Shown here: positions 18,477-27,933 of the stretch, in pieces | Numbering within the stretch: the first letter of the stretch is position 1 | Layout: each line of letters starts with the position of its first letter | Assembly (NCBI GenBank): GCA_016212665.1 | Contig: JACREZ010000002.1 | Span: 15,509 to 79,508, forward strand | DNA length: 64,000 nt | Source: Ignavibacteriota bacterium | Lineage (GTDB): Bacteria > Bacteroidota > Ignavibacteria > UBA10030 > SZUA-254 | Reading direction: 5' to 3' | Position numbers and translations under genes: made by a program | The notes under the pieces: generated by a model | Seen by the model: the letters and a program-made list of their open reading frames with translations, nothing else | What the model was told of the DNA's origin: nothing | Database searches by the model: none

Positions 18477-21400
18477 ATGATAAATAGAATCATTGATTTT
18501 GCATTAACACAACGAGTGCTCATTGTTGCATTAGCAATTCTTGTAGCAGTCATCGGCATCTACTCGTTAAATGAAATTCCGATAGATGCTTTTCCCGATG
18601 TTACCAACGTTCAGGTACAAATTATTTCCGAAGCGCCGGGACTTTCTCCGGTTGAAGTCGAAAAGTTAGTAACATTTCCCATCGAAATCGCGATGAACGG
18701 ACTTCCGCGATTGACGGAAGTTCGTTCTATCTCAAAATTCGGTCTCACGGTTGTCACTGTCGTCTTTGAAGATGGTGTTGATATCTACTTTGCGCGGCAG
18801 TTGGTGTTTGAACGATTGCAAGGCGTGAAGGAATCGCTTCCACCGACAGTCCCGGAACCTGAAATGGGTCCCATCGCGAGCGGTATGGGAGAAATCTATC
18901 AGTACTTTCTTGAAAGCGACAGTCTCGACATTATGGGTCTGCGAACGATTCAGGATTGGTATATTAAACCGCAGTTGCGAACCGTTCCCGGAGTTACGGA
19001 GGTGAACAGTTTCGGAGGACTTGTCAAGCAATATCACATCCTCGTCGAGCCGTCAAAATTATTGAGCTACAATTTAACGCTCGATGAAGTGTTTGAATCG
19101 GTAGAAAAAAATAATTCGGTTGCAGGAGGAAATTATCTCGAACATGCGTCAGAGCAATATATTATTCGGGGAATCGGTCTTGCACAAACCGCGCGCGACC
19201 TTGAAAACATCGTTGTAAAAAATGAACATGGAACTCCGGTGTATCTAAAACATGTCGCGCAGGTAACTGTCGGTCCGGAAATCCGTCAAGGCGCAGTTGT
19301 CATGCAGGGACGAGGAGAGGTCTCCGCCGCAATCGTGATGATGTTGAAAGGTGAAAACAGCAGAAAAGTCATCGAACGCGTGAAAACAAAGATTGATGAA
19401 ATTAACAAGTCCTTACCGCCACACGTGAAAGTCCATCCTTATTATGACCAAACGGACTTGGTGGAGAAAACAATCACGACAGTGAAAACAAATTTGCTCG
19501 AAGGCGGATTGTTAGTCGTGGTAGTGTTGCTTATGTTTCTCGGTGATTTCCGCGGCGCGATGATTGTTGCTTCGACCATTCCTCTCTCCATGCTTTGCGC
19601 GTTTATCGGAATGAAATGGCTTGGTTTATCTGCAAATCTCATGAGTCTCGGCGCAATTGATTTCGGAATGATTGTTGACGGTTCTGTAGTCATGGTAGAA
19701 AACTTTGAGCGTAAATTGCTTCACCATAGCGGGCAACACACGAAACTTCAACTCATTCAGGATGCGGCGAAAGAAGTCGGCAGACCGATTCTTTTTGGCA
19801 TTCTCATCATCATCGCCGTCTATATCCCAATTCTCACCTTGCAAGGAATTGAAGGAAAAATGTTTGCGCCGATGGCATTGACAGTCGGGATGGCGTTACT
19901 CGGTTCACTTATTCTGACACTCACCTTTGTTCCTGTTCTCAGTTCGTACTTCCTCAAAGAGAAGAAATCTCATAAGGAACCTCGACTTATCCATTGGATT
20001 CGACTTGTGTACACGCCGCTTCTTGAACGCGCACTGAAACATAAGTTCCTTGTTTTGCTTGGCGCGTTGCTCGTTCTTGCGATTTCATTTGCTGTTGTTC
20101 CGTTCCTCGGAACAGAGTTTATTCCTGAACTTGATGAAGGTTCGATTCTCATTCAACCGATACGGATGCCGAGTATTTCACTCACCGAATCAATCGAAAT
20201 AGAAAAGAAAGTTCAACAAATCATTATGCAATTTCCTGAAGTCGAGTTTGTGGTTGGTCGTCTTGGTCGCCCCGATATCGCAACCGACCCGATGGGTGTG
20301 AACCTCAGCGATATTTATGTCACACTGAAACCTAAATCGGAATGGAAAACTGCCGGGACAAAAGAAGAACTCGTTGAAAAGATGGTGGAAGAATTGAAGC
20401 ACATTCCCGGTGTAAACTACAACATCACACAGCCGATTGCCATGCGTGTGGATGAACTTGTTTCCGGTGTGAAGTCTGATATTGCCATCAAACTGTTCGG
20501 CACTGATTTGAATATGTTGAAAGAAAAAGCAGACCGCATAGCCGATGTCGTTCGTACCGTCAATGGCGCGGTTGATGTTTCGATTGAGCAAACCTCAGGA
20601 CAAACGTATTTGAATATTTATGTTGACAGAGATGCAATTGCTCGTTATGGACTGAATGTTGCTGATGTTCAGCGTGTTATTGAGATTGCGATCGGAGGAA
20701 AAACCGCTACCGAGATGTTTGAAGGACAAGCGCGGTTTGCAGTACTTGTTCGTTACCCTGAAAACAACCGGGGTGATATTCAATCAATTGAAAATACTCT
20801 TGTGAGTTTACCGGGCGGAGGAAACGTTCCGTTAAAACAAGTTGCTCGCATTGTTGCGGAAGAAGGACCCGTTCAAGTAAGCCGTGAATACGGACAACGG
20901 CGAATCGTCATCGAGTGTAATGTGCGTGGCACCGATATAGGAACGTTCGTCGCAGAAGCAAAGAAGAAGATTGAATCTTCCGTTCAACTTCCAACAGGTT
21001 ACTATATTACGTGGGGAGGACAATTTGAAAATCAGCAAAGCGCGATGCAACGATTAACGATTGTCCTTCCGCTTTCCATCTTTATTATTTTCGTATTGCT
21101 CTTTACAACCTTCGGGAATATCCGGCACTCGATGTTGATTCTGTTAAACCTTCCCTTTGCTCTAAGCGGAGGAATCTTCGCGCTCCTTCTTCGTGATTTG
21201 AACCTGAGTGTCTCTGCCTCCATCGGATTTATCGCTTTGTTTGGAGTTGCAGTCTTAAACGGGATTGTCCTCATTTCCTACATCAATCAGTTAGTGAAAG
21301 AAGGACATGATTTAAACATAGCGATTATCAAAGGCGCATCAGACCGACTACGCCCCGTTCTTATGACTGCGCTTGTTGCAAGCCTCGGCTTTATCCCGAT

Positions 21401-21554
21401 GGCACTTTCGCACGGAACGGGCGCGGAAGTGCAACGACCTCTGGCAACAGTTGTTATCGGTGGATTAGTAACATCAACATTGTTGACATTATTTGTCCTC
21501 CCGATTTTATTTCAGTGGATTGAAGGGAAAAAGATAAAAAATAACAAAAGATGA
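18477..21554 (+). CDS. czcA: CusA/CzcA family heavy-metal RND efflux permease
   Basis: IDAFPDVTNVQVQI, ANLMSLGAIDFGMIVDGSVVMVEN, RLRPVLMTA, GAEVQRPLATVVIGG. Confidence 0.95.
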   Translation: MINRIIDFALTQRVLIVALAILVAVIGIYSLNEIPIDAFPDVTNVQVQIISEAPGLSPVEVEKLVTFPIEIAMNGLPRLTEVRSISKFGLTVVTVVFEDGVDIYFARQLVFERLQGVKESLPPTVPEPEMGPIASGMGEIYQYFLESDSLDIMGLRTIQDWYIKPQLRTVPGVTEVNSFGGLVKQYHILVEPSKLLSYNLTLDEVFESVEKNNSVAGGNYLEHASEQYIIRGIGLAQTARDLENIVVKNEHGTPVYLKHVAQVTVGPEIRQGAVVMQGRGEVSAAIVMMLKGENSRKVIERVKTKIDEINKSLPPHVKVHPYYDQTDLVEKTITTVKTNLLEGGLLVVVVLLMFLGDFRGAMIVASTIPLSMLCAFIGMKWLGLSANLMSLGAIDFGMIVDGSVVMVENFERKLLHHSGQHTKLQLIQDAAKEVGRPILFGILIIIAVYIPILTLQGIEGKMFAPMALTVGMALLGSLILTLTFVPVLSSYFLKEKKSHKEPRLIHWIRLVYTPLLERALKHKFLVLLGALLVLAISFAVVPFLGTEFIPELDEGSILIQPIRMPSISLTESIEIEKKVQQIIMQFPEVEFVVGRLGRPDIATDPMGVNLSDIYVTLKPKSEWKTAGTKEELVEKMVEELKHIPGVNYNITQPIAMRVDELVSGVKSDIAIKLFGTDLNMLKEKADRIADVVRTVNGAVDVSIEQTSGQTYLNIYVDRDAIARYGLNVADVQRVIEIAIGGKTATEMFEGQARFAVLVRYPENNRGDIQSIENTLVSLPGGGNVPLKQVARIVAEEGPVQVSREYGQRRIVIECNVRGTDIGTFVAEAKKKIESSVQLPTGYYITWGGQFENQQSAMQRLTIVLPLSIFIIFVLLFTTFGNIRHSMLILLNLPFALSGGIFALLLRDLNLSVSASIGFIALFGVAVLNGIVLISYINQLVKEGHDLNIAIIKGASDRLRPVLMTALVASLGFIPMALSHGTGAEVQRPLATVVIGGLVTSTLLTLFVLPILFQWIEGKKIKNNKR

Positions 21555-21561
21555 AGCTTTG

Positions 21562-21599
21562 AAAAGCGGGCTACTTACAGTCAGTAGCCCGCTATTTTT
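21562..21599. terminator. Bidirectional terminator between czcA and the HD-domain gene
   Basis: AAAAGCGGGCTACT-loop-AGTAGCCCGCTATTTTT. Confidence 0.8.
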
Positions 21600-22149
21600 A
21601 TTTCAGTCCAAGGTCTGAGGCAATCCCCTTCATCGCATCAATCACAAATTGAATATGTTCGTCGAGCGGAATACCTAATTCTGCCGTCCCTTGTGTAATG
21701 TCATCGCGATTAACATTGCGGGCGAACGCTTTGTCTTTCAGTTTCTTTTTGACAGATGACACTTCGAGGTCGGCAATTTTATTCGGTCTGACTAACGAAC
21801 ACGCCATAATAAACCCGCACAGTTCGTCGCTCGCATACAACACTTTTGCCATGAGAGATTCACGCGCTACACCAGTGTACGTTGCATGTCCCAAAATCGC
21901 TGTTCTGATTTCTTCGCTGTATCCTTTCTCCTTCAATATCTCCGAACCTTTGAGCGGGTGGTCGGGCGGGTCAGGATACATTTCGTAATCAAAATCATGA
22001 AGCAAGCCGGTGATGCCCCAAATCTCCTCATCCTCGTTGTACTTGCGCGCATACGCACGCATTGCCGCTTCCACTGAATACATGTGTTTCAGGAGAGCAT
22101 CGTTCTTGGTGTATTCTTGTAAAAGTTGAAGTGCGTCTGTTCTGTTCAT
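21598..22149 (-). CDS. HD (HDIG) domain metal-dependent phosphohydrolase
   Basis: LLKHMYSVE, GLLHDFDYE, AILGH, DEL.GFI, KDKAFA. Confidence 0.9.
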   Translation of the reverse strand: MNRTDALQLLQEYTKNDALLKHMYSVEAAMRAYARKYNEDEEIWGITGLLHDFDYEMYPDPPDHPLKGSEILKEKGYSEEIRTAILGHATYTGVARESLMAKVLYASDELCGFIMACSLVRPNKIADLEVSSVKKKLKDKAFARNVNRDDITQGTAELGIPLDEHIQFVIDAMKGIASDLGLK

Positions 22150-22180
22150 ACTGATATGTTGTCAGGTGATTTTGTGTTGA

Positions 22181-22462
22181 TTGTTCTTGTTGATATATTC
22201 AGCCACGATGATTATTACCGCATTAGCCGTTGCATTCTTAGTTCTTCTGATATTCGCCGCATATTTCGGGAGGATGGCATTACTTCAAAAACCCGCTCAT
22301 CCCGACGATGTCTTCTCCGAAAAGTGTTCGGTGTGCAGAGAAAAATTCCATAAATCAAAACTCGTCGAACGGCAAATCGGCGACTACAAAATGTTGTACT
22401 TTTGCAAAACGTGCGTGGAGAAGTTGGCGAAAGAAGTTCAATCCAACATTACAAGCACCTGA
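22181..22462 (+). CDS. Small membrane-anchored zinc-finger-like protein
   Basis: TM helix followed by CSVC-x22-CKTC; start uncertain. Confidence 0.55.
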   Translation: MFLLIYSATMIITALAVAFLVLLIFAAYFGRMALLQKPAHPDDVFSEKCSVCREKFHKSKLVERQIGDYKMLYFCKTCVEKLAKEVQSNITST

Positions 22463-23080
22463 TTGCAGAATCATCGAGATTTTCCCCAATTGTAGTACAG
22501 ACCTGCCTGCCGCAGGCATGGAATCCTTTTCTGTCCTGACTCTTCTGACAGGCAAGAATGCCTGTCCAACATACTTTTTCTTCGAACTCTTCTCCTCTTT
22601 ATCGAGGAACTCCTCAAACTTCATTTTTTCGTAGTGGTCTTCACCGAGGAACTTGAGAATTTTGAGGAAGCGCTCAGGCTCAACATAGCCGCCCAACTTG
22701 GTAATCATATCTGAATCTGCCTTCAGAAAAACAATCGTTGGATATCCTGTAGCGCCGAATCCTTGTGCAAGTTGCGCCTCCGTATATTCTTTCCCCTTGA
22801 ACTTAAATTTCTTCGAAGATTCCGCATTAATCTTAATGGAGACATAATTGTTTCCGAGATACTTTGCAACGTCTTTGTTCGCGTATACTTCTTTATCAAG
22901 TTTCTTACACCAGCCGCACCAATCGGTGTAAATATCGAGCATAATTTTTTTGTTTGATTTCTTTGCTTGCTCGATTCCTTCCTCAAATGACGACCAGGAA
23001 GTTTCAACTTTCTTCTCTGTCTTATCGTCCGGGGTGAACATAAAACTCAATGCTAATAAACTTAAAATGAACAAACTCAT
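22355..23080 (-). CDS. Exported thioredoxin-fold (DUF255-like) protein with C-terminal read-through extension
   Basis: YTDWCGWCKKLD, GYPTIVFL; the last ~72 aa run through a REP doublet and the opposite-strand gene. Confidence 0.85.
   Translation of the reverse strand: MSLFILSLLALSFMFTPDDKTEKKVETSWSSFEEGIEQAKKSNKKIMLDIYTDWCGWCKKLDKEVYANKDVAKYLGNNYVSIKINAESSKKFKFKGKEYTEAQLAQGFGATGYPTIVFLKADSDMITKLGGYVEPERFLKILKFLGEDHYEKMKFEEFLDKEEKSSKKKYVGQAFLPVRRVRTEKDSMPAAGRSVLQLGKISMILQSGACNVGLNFFRQLLHARFAKVQHFVVADLPFDEF
22492..22570. repeat. REP doublet; left REP interrupted by a 20-bp palindrome
   Basis: GTAGTACAGA[CCTGCCTGCCGCAGGCATGG]AATCCTTTTCTGTCCT on +; GTTG-GACAGGCATTCTTGCCTGTC on -. Confidence 0.85.
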
Positions 23081-23098
23081 ACATGATTCCTTTGTAAT

Positions 23099-23998
23099 TT
23101 AGAACAACACGCCAACGGTGAACGTGTGAGTAGAACCCAAATCGGATTTATCGGGACCGAACGCATAATCGAGCGTAAACATGTTTTGCCTGAAGCCGAT
23201 TCCCGTTGTGATACTCTTCGATTCATACCCTGATTGAAAGCCGCCTCGTAATGCAATCATTTTTTGAAATTCAAACTCAGCCCCGATGTGTACATGGGCA
23301 GTCCCCTCATTCTTCACTGAAACAATTTCTGTGGCGAGAGTGATATTCCCTTCAATCTTCTCTAACGGTATTTCATACGCGCCGCCGAAGCGATACGTTG
23401 TTGGCAACGTTGACGCAATGGTATGCAACTCGTTCATCGAACCGAGATTATCAACAACGAAGCCGAGGCGAACCTCCCATGGAGTCATGTAGGTTCCGCC
23501 TATGTTTATTCCATAGCCGGTTGCTTCATCAACATAAATTTTTTCATAAAGATAATTTGCCGTGAATCCTAAACTCAATTCATCTGAAAACCTATACGCG
23601 CCTGCCATTCCTATTGATGCGTTCTTCGCGTCGAACGTCCCTTCTGCTGCGCCGGGGGTGCTTCTAATTTCAATATCGGAAACGCTAAGAGAATGAAGGC
23701 CGAATGCTAACGTAACATCATCCAGCGGAACTGAAACGCCAAGAAACTCAGAACGGGTATCCTGAAATAATTCTCTGTGTGAAAATACAGCCTGAACGGA
23801 TTGAGATTGTGTCAGCGAAGCAGGATTGTAGTTCATTGCAAACGGCTCTGCACCAATGACGGAATACGCTTCGCCCATACTGACGGCTTTGCCACCGACA
23901 CCGAATTTGAGAAACGATAAACCGGTTCCTCCTGCCTGAGCAAGAACAAACTGAAAACTAATTCCAAGCAGGATAACAATTGAAATAATTCTTTTCAT
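23099..23998 (-). CDS. PorV/PorQ family outer-membrane beta-barrel
   Basis: SFLKFGVGGKAVSMGEA, YNPASL, ALRGG, LDYAF...THTF, terminal F. Confidence 0.8.
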   Translation of the reverse strand: MKRIISIVILLGISFQFVLAQAGGTGLSFLKFGVGGKAVSMGEAYSVIGAEPFAMNYNPASLTQSQSVQAVFSHRELFQDTRSEFLGVSVPLDDVTLAFGLHSLSVSDIEIRSTPGAAEGTFDAKNASIGMAGAYRFSDELSLGFTANYLYEKIYVDEATGYGINIGGTYMTPWEVRLGFVVDNLGSMNELHTIASTLPTTYRFGGAYEIPLEKIEGNITLATEIVSVKNEGTAHVHIGAEFEFQKMIALRGGFQSGYESKSITTGIGFRQNMFTLDYAFGPDKSDLGSTHTFTVGVLF

Positions 23999-24001
23999 AA
24001 A

Positions 24002-24949
24002 TTAAAACGTTGTCGAAAGGGTAATGACATGAATATCGTGCGAAGAAAACGGCTCGAAGACAAATGCGTATGTCAGAGCAGGAGTCCAATCTCCGAATGC
24101 CCGACGGGCAGAAAATCCGAACGATGGTTTCGCACCGGTTGCATCATCGCCGAAATCGTATCTATCAAATCCGCCGCGAACGCTAATGTTCTCGTGGACT
24201 GCGTATTCAATTCCCGCACGGAATGCGTTCGTACTCGCCGATGTGTTTTCATATTCAAGAGAAATAATTGCACCGGCTTCTTTCCAATGATACGCGGCTC
24301 CGAACTTTCTCACCATCGGAAATTTATCTTTGGAATTCTTTCCGTTGAGCGAGCCATAGACCGGTGTTGTGTTCCAATTATATTTTGAATTGATGTCTGA
24401 AACTGATGCACCCAGAGTTAACTCCGGTGAGAATTGAAATACTGCGCCAATATCAAACCCGACAGTTGATGAAGAGACCTCTTCAAACAATTTACTGTAA
24501 TACATTTTTACTGTCACACCAAGTGAAAGATTATCCGAGACGCGATTAGCAAAAGCGAGATAAAACTGATTCTCGAACGTGGAATAATCTTCCGTGTGAA
24601 CACCATCGTTGTCCCGTCCGTCAATGTTACTCACACCCGCATTGATAAGTCCAATGGAGAACCCGCCGCGAGGTTCAATCGGTTGTGTGTAACTGAGAAA
24701 ATTCAAACTTCTGTCAAGTGAGAGAATTCCGAAACTTGCAGAGGCGGTACGTTTTTCTGTAAATGGTGCAAGCGCAGGATTGTAATATGTGTTGATGTCT
24801 CCGGTTGCGACTGCCACAAGCGCATTTCCCATTCCCATCCCTCGCGCTCCAAATCCCATCCGTGCAAACGAACCGATATAAGGACTATCAGCCATTGCTT
24901 GAAACATCAAACAACAAACAAACAAAAGCAGAAAGAAAAACTTCTTCAT
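24002..24949 (-). CDS. PorV/PorQ family outer-membrane beta-barrel
   Basis: FARMGFGARGMGMGNA, YYNPAL, GFDIG, SVRGG, terminal F. Confidence 0.8.
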   Translation of the reverse strand: MKKFFFLLLFVCCLMFQAMADSPYIGSFARMGFGARGMGMGNALVAVATGDINTYYNPALAPFTEKRTASASFGILSLDRSLNFLSYTQPIEPRGGFSIGLINAGVSNIDGRDNDGVHTEDYSTFENQFYLAFANRVSDNLSLGVTVKMYYSKLFEEVSSSTVGFDIGAVFQFSPELTLGASVSDINSKYNWNTTPVYGSLNGKNSKDKFPMVRKFGAAYHWKEAGAIISLEYENTSASTNAFRAGIEYAVHENISVRGGFDRYDFGDDATGAKPSFGFSARRAFGDWTPALTYAFVFEPFSSHDIHVITLSTTF

Positions 24950-26532
24950 TGTAACACCAAAATCTTTCCGAACTGAGGTTCATCGTTATCAATCACAAGG
25001 CGATAGAAATAAACGCCGTTAGGGACAAGTTCGCCGCCATCGGTTCGTCCGTCCCAAAATTCGTCAAACTCCTGAGCCACAGACCGTTGTGCTTTTGTAA
25101 TTAACGTGCGGACTCGATTCATTCCGAAATCGAAAACCTCAATTGAGACTTCACGATTTCCTGACGCACTTAAATTCGTCGCACCGTAATGTATCCTCAC
25201 AATATTATCAAGCGAAGGCGAATAGGGATTCGGATAGGCATACGTTTCGGCTTTTGTTCCAAGTTGTTGATAAGCACGAAATGCTTTCCACGTTGAACCA
25301 AACAGATGCATGTCATTATCAATTGTCATGACTAATCCGTCATCTGTTCCAATTAATACCGTATCATTGACAACCACGACGCTATATACTTTCGGTGAAG
25401 GTATAGAGACCCGGGGCAATTCATCAACAAAATCTGAAAACTTCTGAAATGAAATTCCCCAATCCGAAGTACGGTAAACACCCAGGTCGGTAGCGATGTA
25501 CACGATGGAATCCTTAAATGCAAAGTCATACGCCTTTACACCATGCAATAAATTTTTCCATGAGAGTCCGCCGTCATCCGTGTAACTTATACCATAATCT
25601 TCTTCGTAATCGTTTGCGCGCCAGTTCGTTGTCCAGATTCTGCTTTTGCCATTCACACGTTGTTCATCAATCGCAATCACCCAATTTCCGAGAATCGGTT
25701 TGGTTTGATTTTGATGCGTTAACCGAACCCAACTTACTCCTGCATCGGTTGATTTATTGACACCGCCAGCCGTTCCGCACCAGATTGTGTCATCATCAAC
25801 GGCAAAAACAGAAAAAGCAAGCATGTTAAAATTTTGCCGTGGGTCAAATCGTGTAAATATTCTTTGCTGACGGAGCGTATCTGACGGCGCATACGTCCAA
25901 AGCGTATCCCATGGAGAAATGCTCATTCTATTATCAAGCGGTAGTAAGATTCGTTCCCATGTTTGCCCGTTATCATATGAACGTCTCAAACTGCTTGACC
26001 AACTTGCAATATACACAGTTCCCGAAGGAGTGATGGAAATATCAAACGTAACATTTTGTTGAGGAACAGTAACCGGAAGAATCCAGACCGAATCATTGAT
26101 TCCGTATTGAATGTATTTTGCATTCGGGTCATCTAATGTTTGCGGAACATAATCCCAACTTATTCCATTATCGAGTGAGAATGTGTACCCGCCGCCGGTT
26201 TGAACACTTCCGCCTTCAATTTCTGTATCGTAGCCGGTCGAAGTCCAAATTGTATTCCCATTCGTTGCTAACGAAAATATTCCGTTGTGTGGAAATTTTG
26301 AATTGCCGCGAAAACTTTGCCATGAATTTCCAAAGTCTGTCGTTCGTGCAAGACCTTTGCTTGTTCCTGTCCATAAATTTCCCGGTTCGTAGCGCATGTA
26401 CGTAACGCTATTGCTCGGAATCAAATGGGAACTGCTCGAACTCGAATCCGACCAAATAACTCTCGGCACATTCATCTGCCCAAACATTGAACCAACGAAT
26501 AGCAAATAACAGATAACTGATAACTTCTTCAC
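24946..26532 (-). CDS. Secreted BNR beta-propeller with FlgD-Ig/T9SS-type C-terminal domain
   Basis: SxDxGxxW repeats; YAYPNPYSP...WDGRTDGGELVPNGVYFY...KILVLQ; GTG start. Confidence 0.82.
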   Translation of the reverse strand: MKKLSVICYLLFVGSMFGQMNVPRVIWSDSSSSSSHLIPSNSVTYMRYEPGNLWTGTSKGLARTTDFGNSWQSFRGNSKFPHNGIFSLATNGNTIWTSTGYDTEIEGGSVQTGGGYTFSLDNGISWDYVPQTLDDPNAKYIQYGINDSVWILPVTVPQQNVTFDISITPSGTVYIASWSSSLRRSYDNGQTWERILLPLDNRMSISPWDTLWTYAPSDTLRQQRIFTRFDPRQNFNMLAFSVFAVDDDTIWCGTAGGVNKSTDAGVSWVRLTHQNQTKPILGNWVIAIDEQRVNGKSRIWTTNWRANDYEEDYGISYTDDGGLSWKNLLHGVKAYDFAFKDSIVYIATDLGVYRTSDWGISFQKFSDFVDELPRVSIPSPKVYSVVVVNDTVLIGTDDGLVMTIDNDMHLFGSTWKAFRAYQQLGTKAETYAYPNPYSPSLDNIVRIHYGATNLSASGNREVSIEVFDFGMNRVRTLITKAQRSVAQEFDEFWDGRTDGGELVPNGVYFYRLVIDNDEPQFGKILVLQ

Positions 26533-27383
26533 GGTTGCCTCACAATCATTGTATGTAAAATCTTATTACTCATTACACCAAGTTGGTCAACAGCAACAAA
26601 CTCGAACCGATATGATTGTGGCGGTGTGTTCCATGGTAACTGGAATCTGCCGGAGTACACGCCATCTGCCGATACCGAATCATACTTCACATCGTTTTTA
26701 ATTCCATCATCAAACAATAGAAATTGTTTATTCGTGTCGCTTGGTGAATCGAGATTTCGGAAATAGACTTTTTCTATGTCTGCTTTTCCGTCTGCATCTG
26801 TAACATTCACATGCATCACAAATAACACAGAATACGGACTTGGAGGAAGTGTCACGGTATCAGGCGCAACGAGATTGGAAATTACCGGTGCGTTGCTGCT
26901 TCTCACAACCCTCAGCCGATGAATGATGGTGTTACTCGTCATTCCTGCTTTGTCACTTGCACTCAAACGAACAGAGAAATTTCCTACCTGCACTCGTTTG
27001 ATTTGAATCGAAACTGTTCCGGTGAAAATATTATCCGTTGTTGAAGTATCGGGGAATACTCCGTTGTTGAACAATCGCACAGTTGCCAACGTTGATGTAG
27101 AAGTAGGAGAGAGGATTTCACACTGAACGGTTTTCAGTGTGCCGTTACCATCGGGATGCGTAGCCTTCCCGGAAACCACGAATGTCAGAGTAATTAAATC
27201 ATTCGGTGAGGGCGTTCCTCCTACAAGTATTGAGTCAGTATCAATGACATCAGGCGTAACCGCGATGTTACTGACAAACGGCGCGTTCAATTGAACGTCA
27301 AGCGGATTTTCTTTTTTCTGTTCGCATGCGATTATCAATAAACTCAGCATTGCGATAAGAAAATAATTGATATGCGTTTTCAA
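26529..27383 (-). CDS. Lipoprotein with two choice-of-anchor-X-like motifs
   Basis: Lipobox IIAC; LFNNG..PD....DNIFTG and LFDDG....D...ADGVYSG; start placed at TTG 27383 (uncertain). Confidence 0.65.
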   Translation of the reverse strand: MKTHINYFLIAMLSLLIIACEQKKENPLDVQLNAPFVSNIAVTPDVIDTDSILVGGTPSPNDLITLTFVVSGKATHPDGNGTLKTVQCEILSPTSTSTLATVRLFNNGVFPDTSTTDNIFTGTVSIQIKRVQVGNFSVRLSASDKAGMTSNTIIHRLRVVRSSNAPVISNLVAPDTVTLPPSPYSVLFVMHVNVTDADGKADIEKVYFRNLDSPSDTNKQFLLFDDGIKNDVKYDSVSADGVYSGRFQLPWNTPPQSYRFEFVAVDQLGVMSNKILHTMIVRQP

Positions 27384-27396
27384 ATTATTTGTTCTT

Positions 27397-27933
27397 TTAT
27401 TCTTCAGAATTGTATTGGATGATACTATAAACATCATATTCCCGTAATCGTTCCCGGGCTTTCAGGAATGTTAGTTCAACTAAAAAGGCAAGACTGATTA
27501 TCTCTCCCCCAAGACGTTTCACCAATTTACAAGTTGCTTCGACTGTTCCTCCCGTCGCAAGTAAATCGTCAACAATCAGAACCCGTTCCCCTTTGCTAAT
27601 TGCGTCTGTGTGAATTTCCAACGCGTCCGTTCCATATTCAAGTTGATACTCTTCTTTGATAGTTGACGAAGGGAGTTTCTTTGGTTTTCTCACTGGTACA
27701 AATCCCGCTCCGAGACGATAAGCAAGTACGCTTCCGAAAATAAATCCACGGGATTCCACACTCGCTATCTTATCAATCTTCTCGGATTTGTATCGCTCAT
27801 AGAGGACATCAATCGCTTGAGTGAACGCTTGCTTATCTTTCAACAGCGTTGTGATGTCGCGGAACATGATTCCCTTCTTTGGAAAATCCGGGATGTTCCG
27901 AATCGAAGTGCGTAATGATTCTCTGTTCACCAT
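27397..27933 (-). CDS. apt: Adenine phosphoribosyltransferase
   Basis: IPDFPKKGIMFRDIT, ESRGF, YQLEYG, VLIVDDLLATGGT. Confidence 0.97.
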   Translation of the reverse strand: MVNRESLRTSIRNIPDFPKKGIMFRDITTLLKDKQAFTQAIDVLYERYKSEKIDKIASVESRGFIFGSVLAYRLGAGFVPVRKPKKLPSSTIKEEYQLEYGTDALEIHTDAISKGERVLIVDDLLATGGTVEATCKLVKRLGGEIISLAFLVELTFLKARERLREYDVYSIIQYNSEE

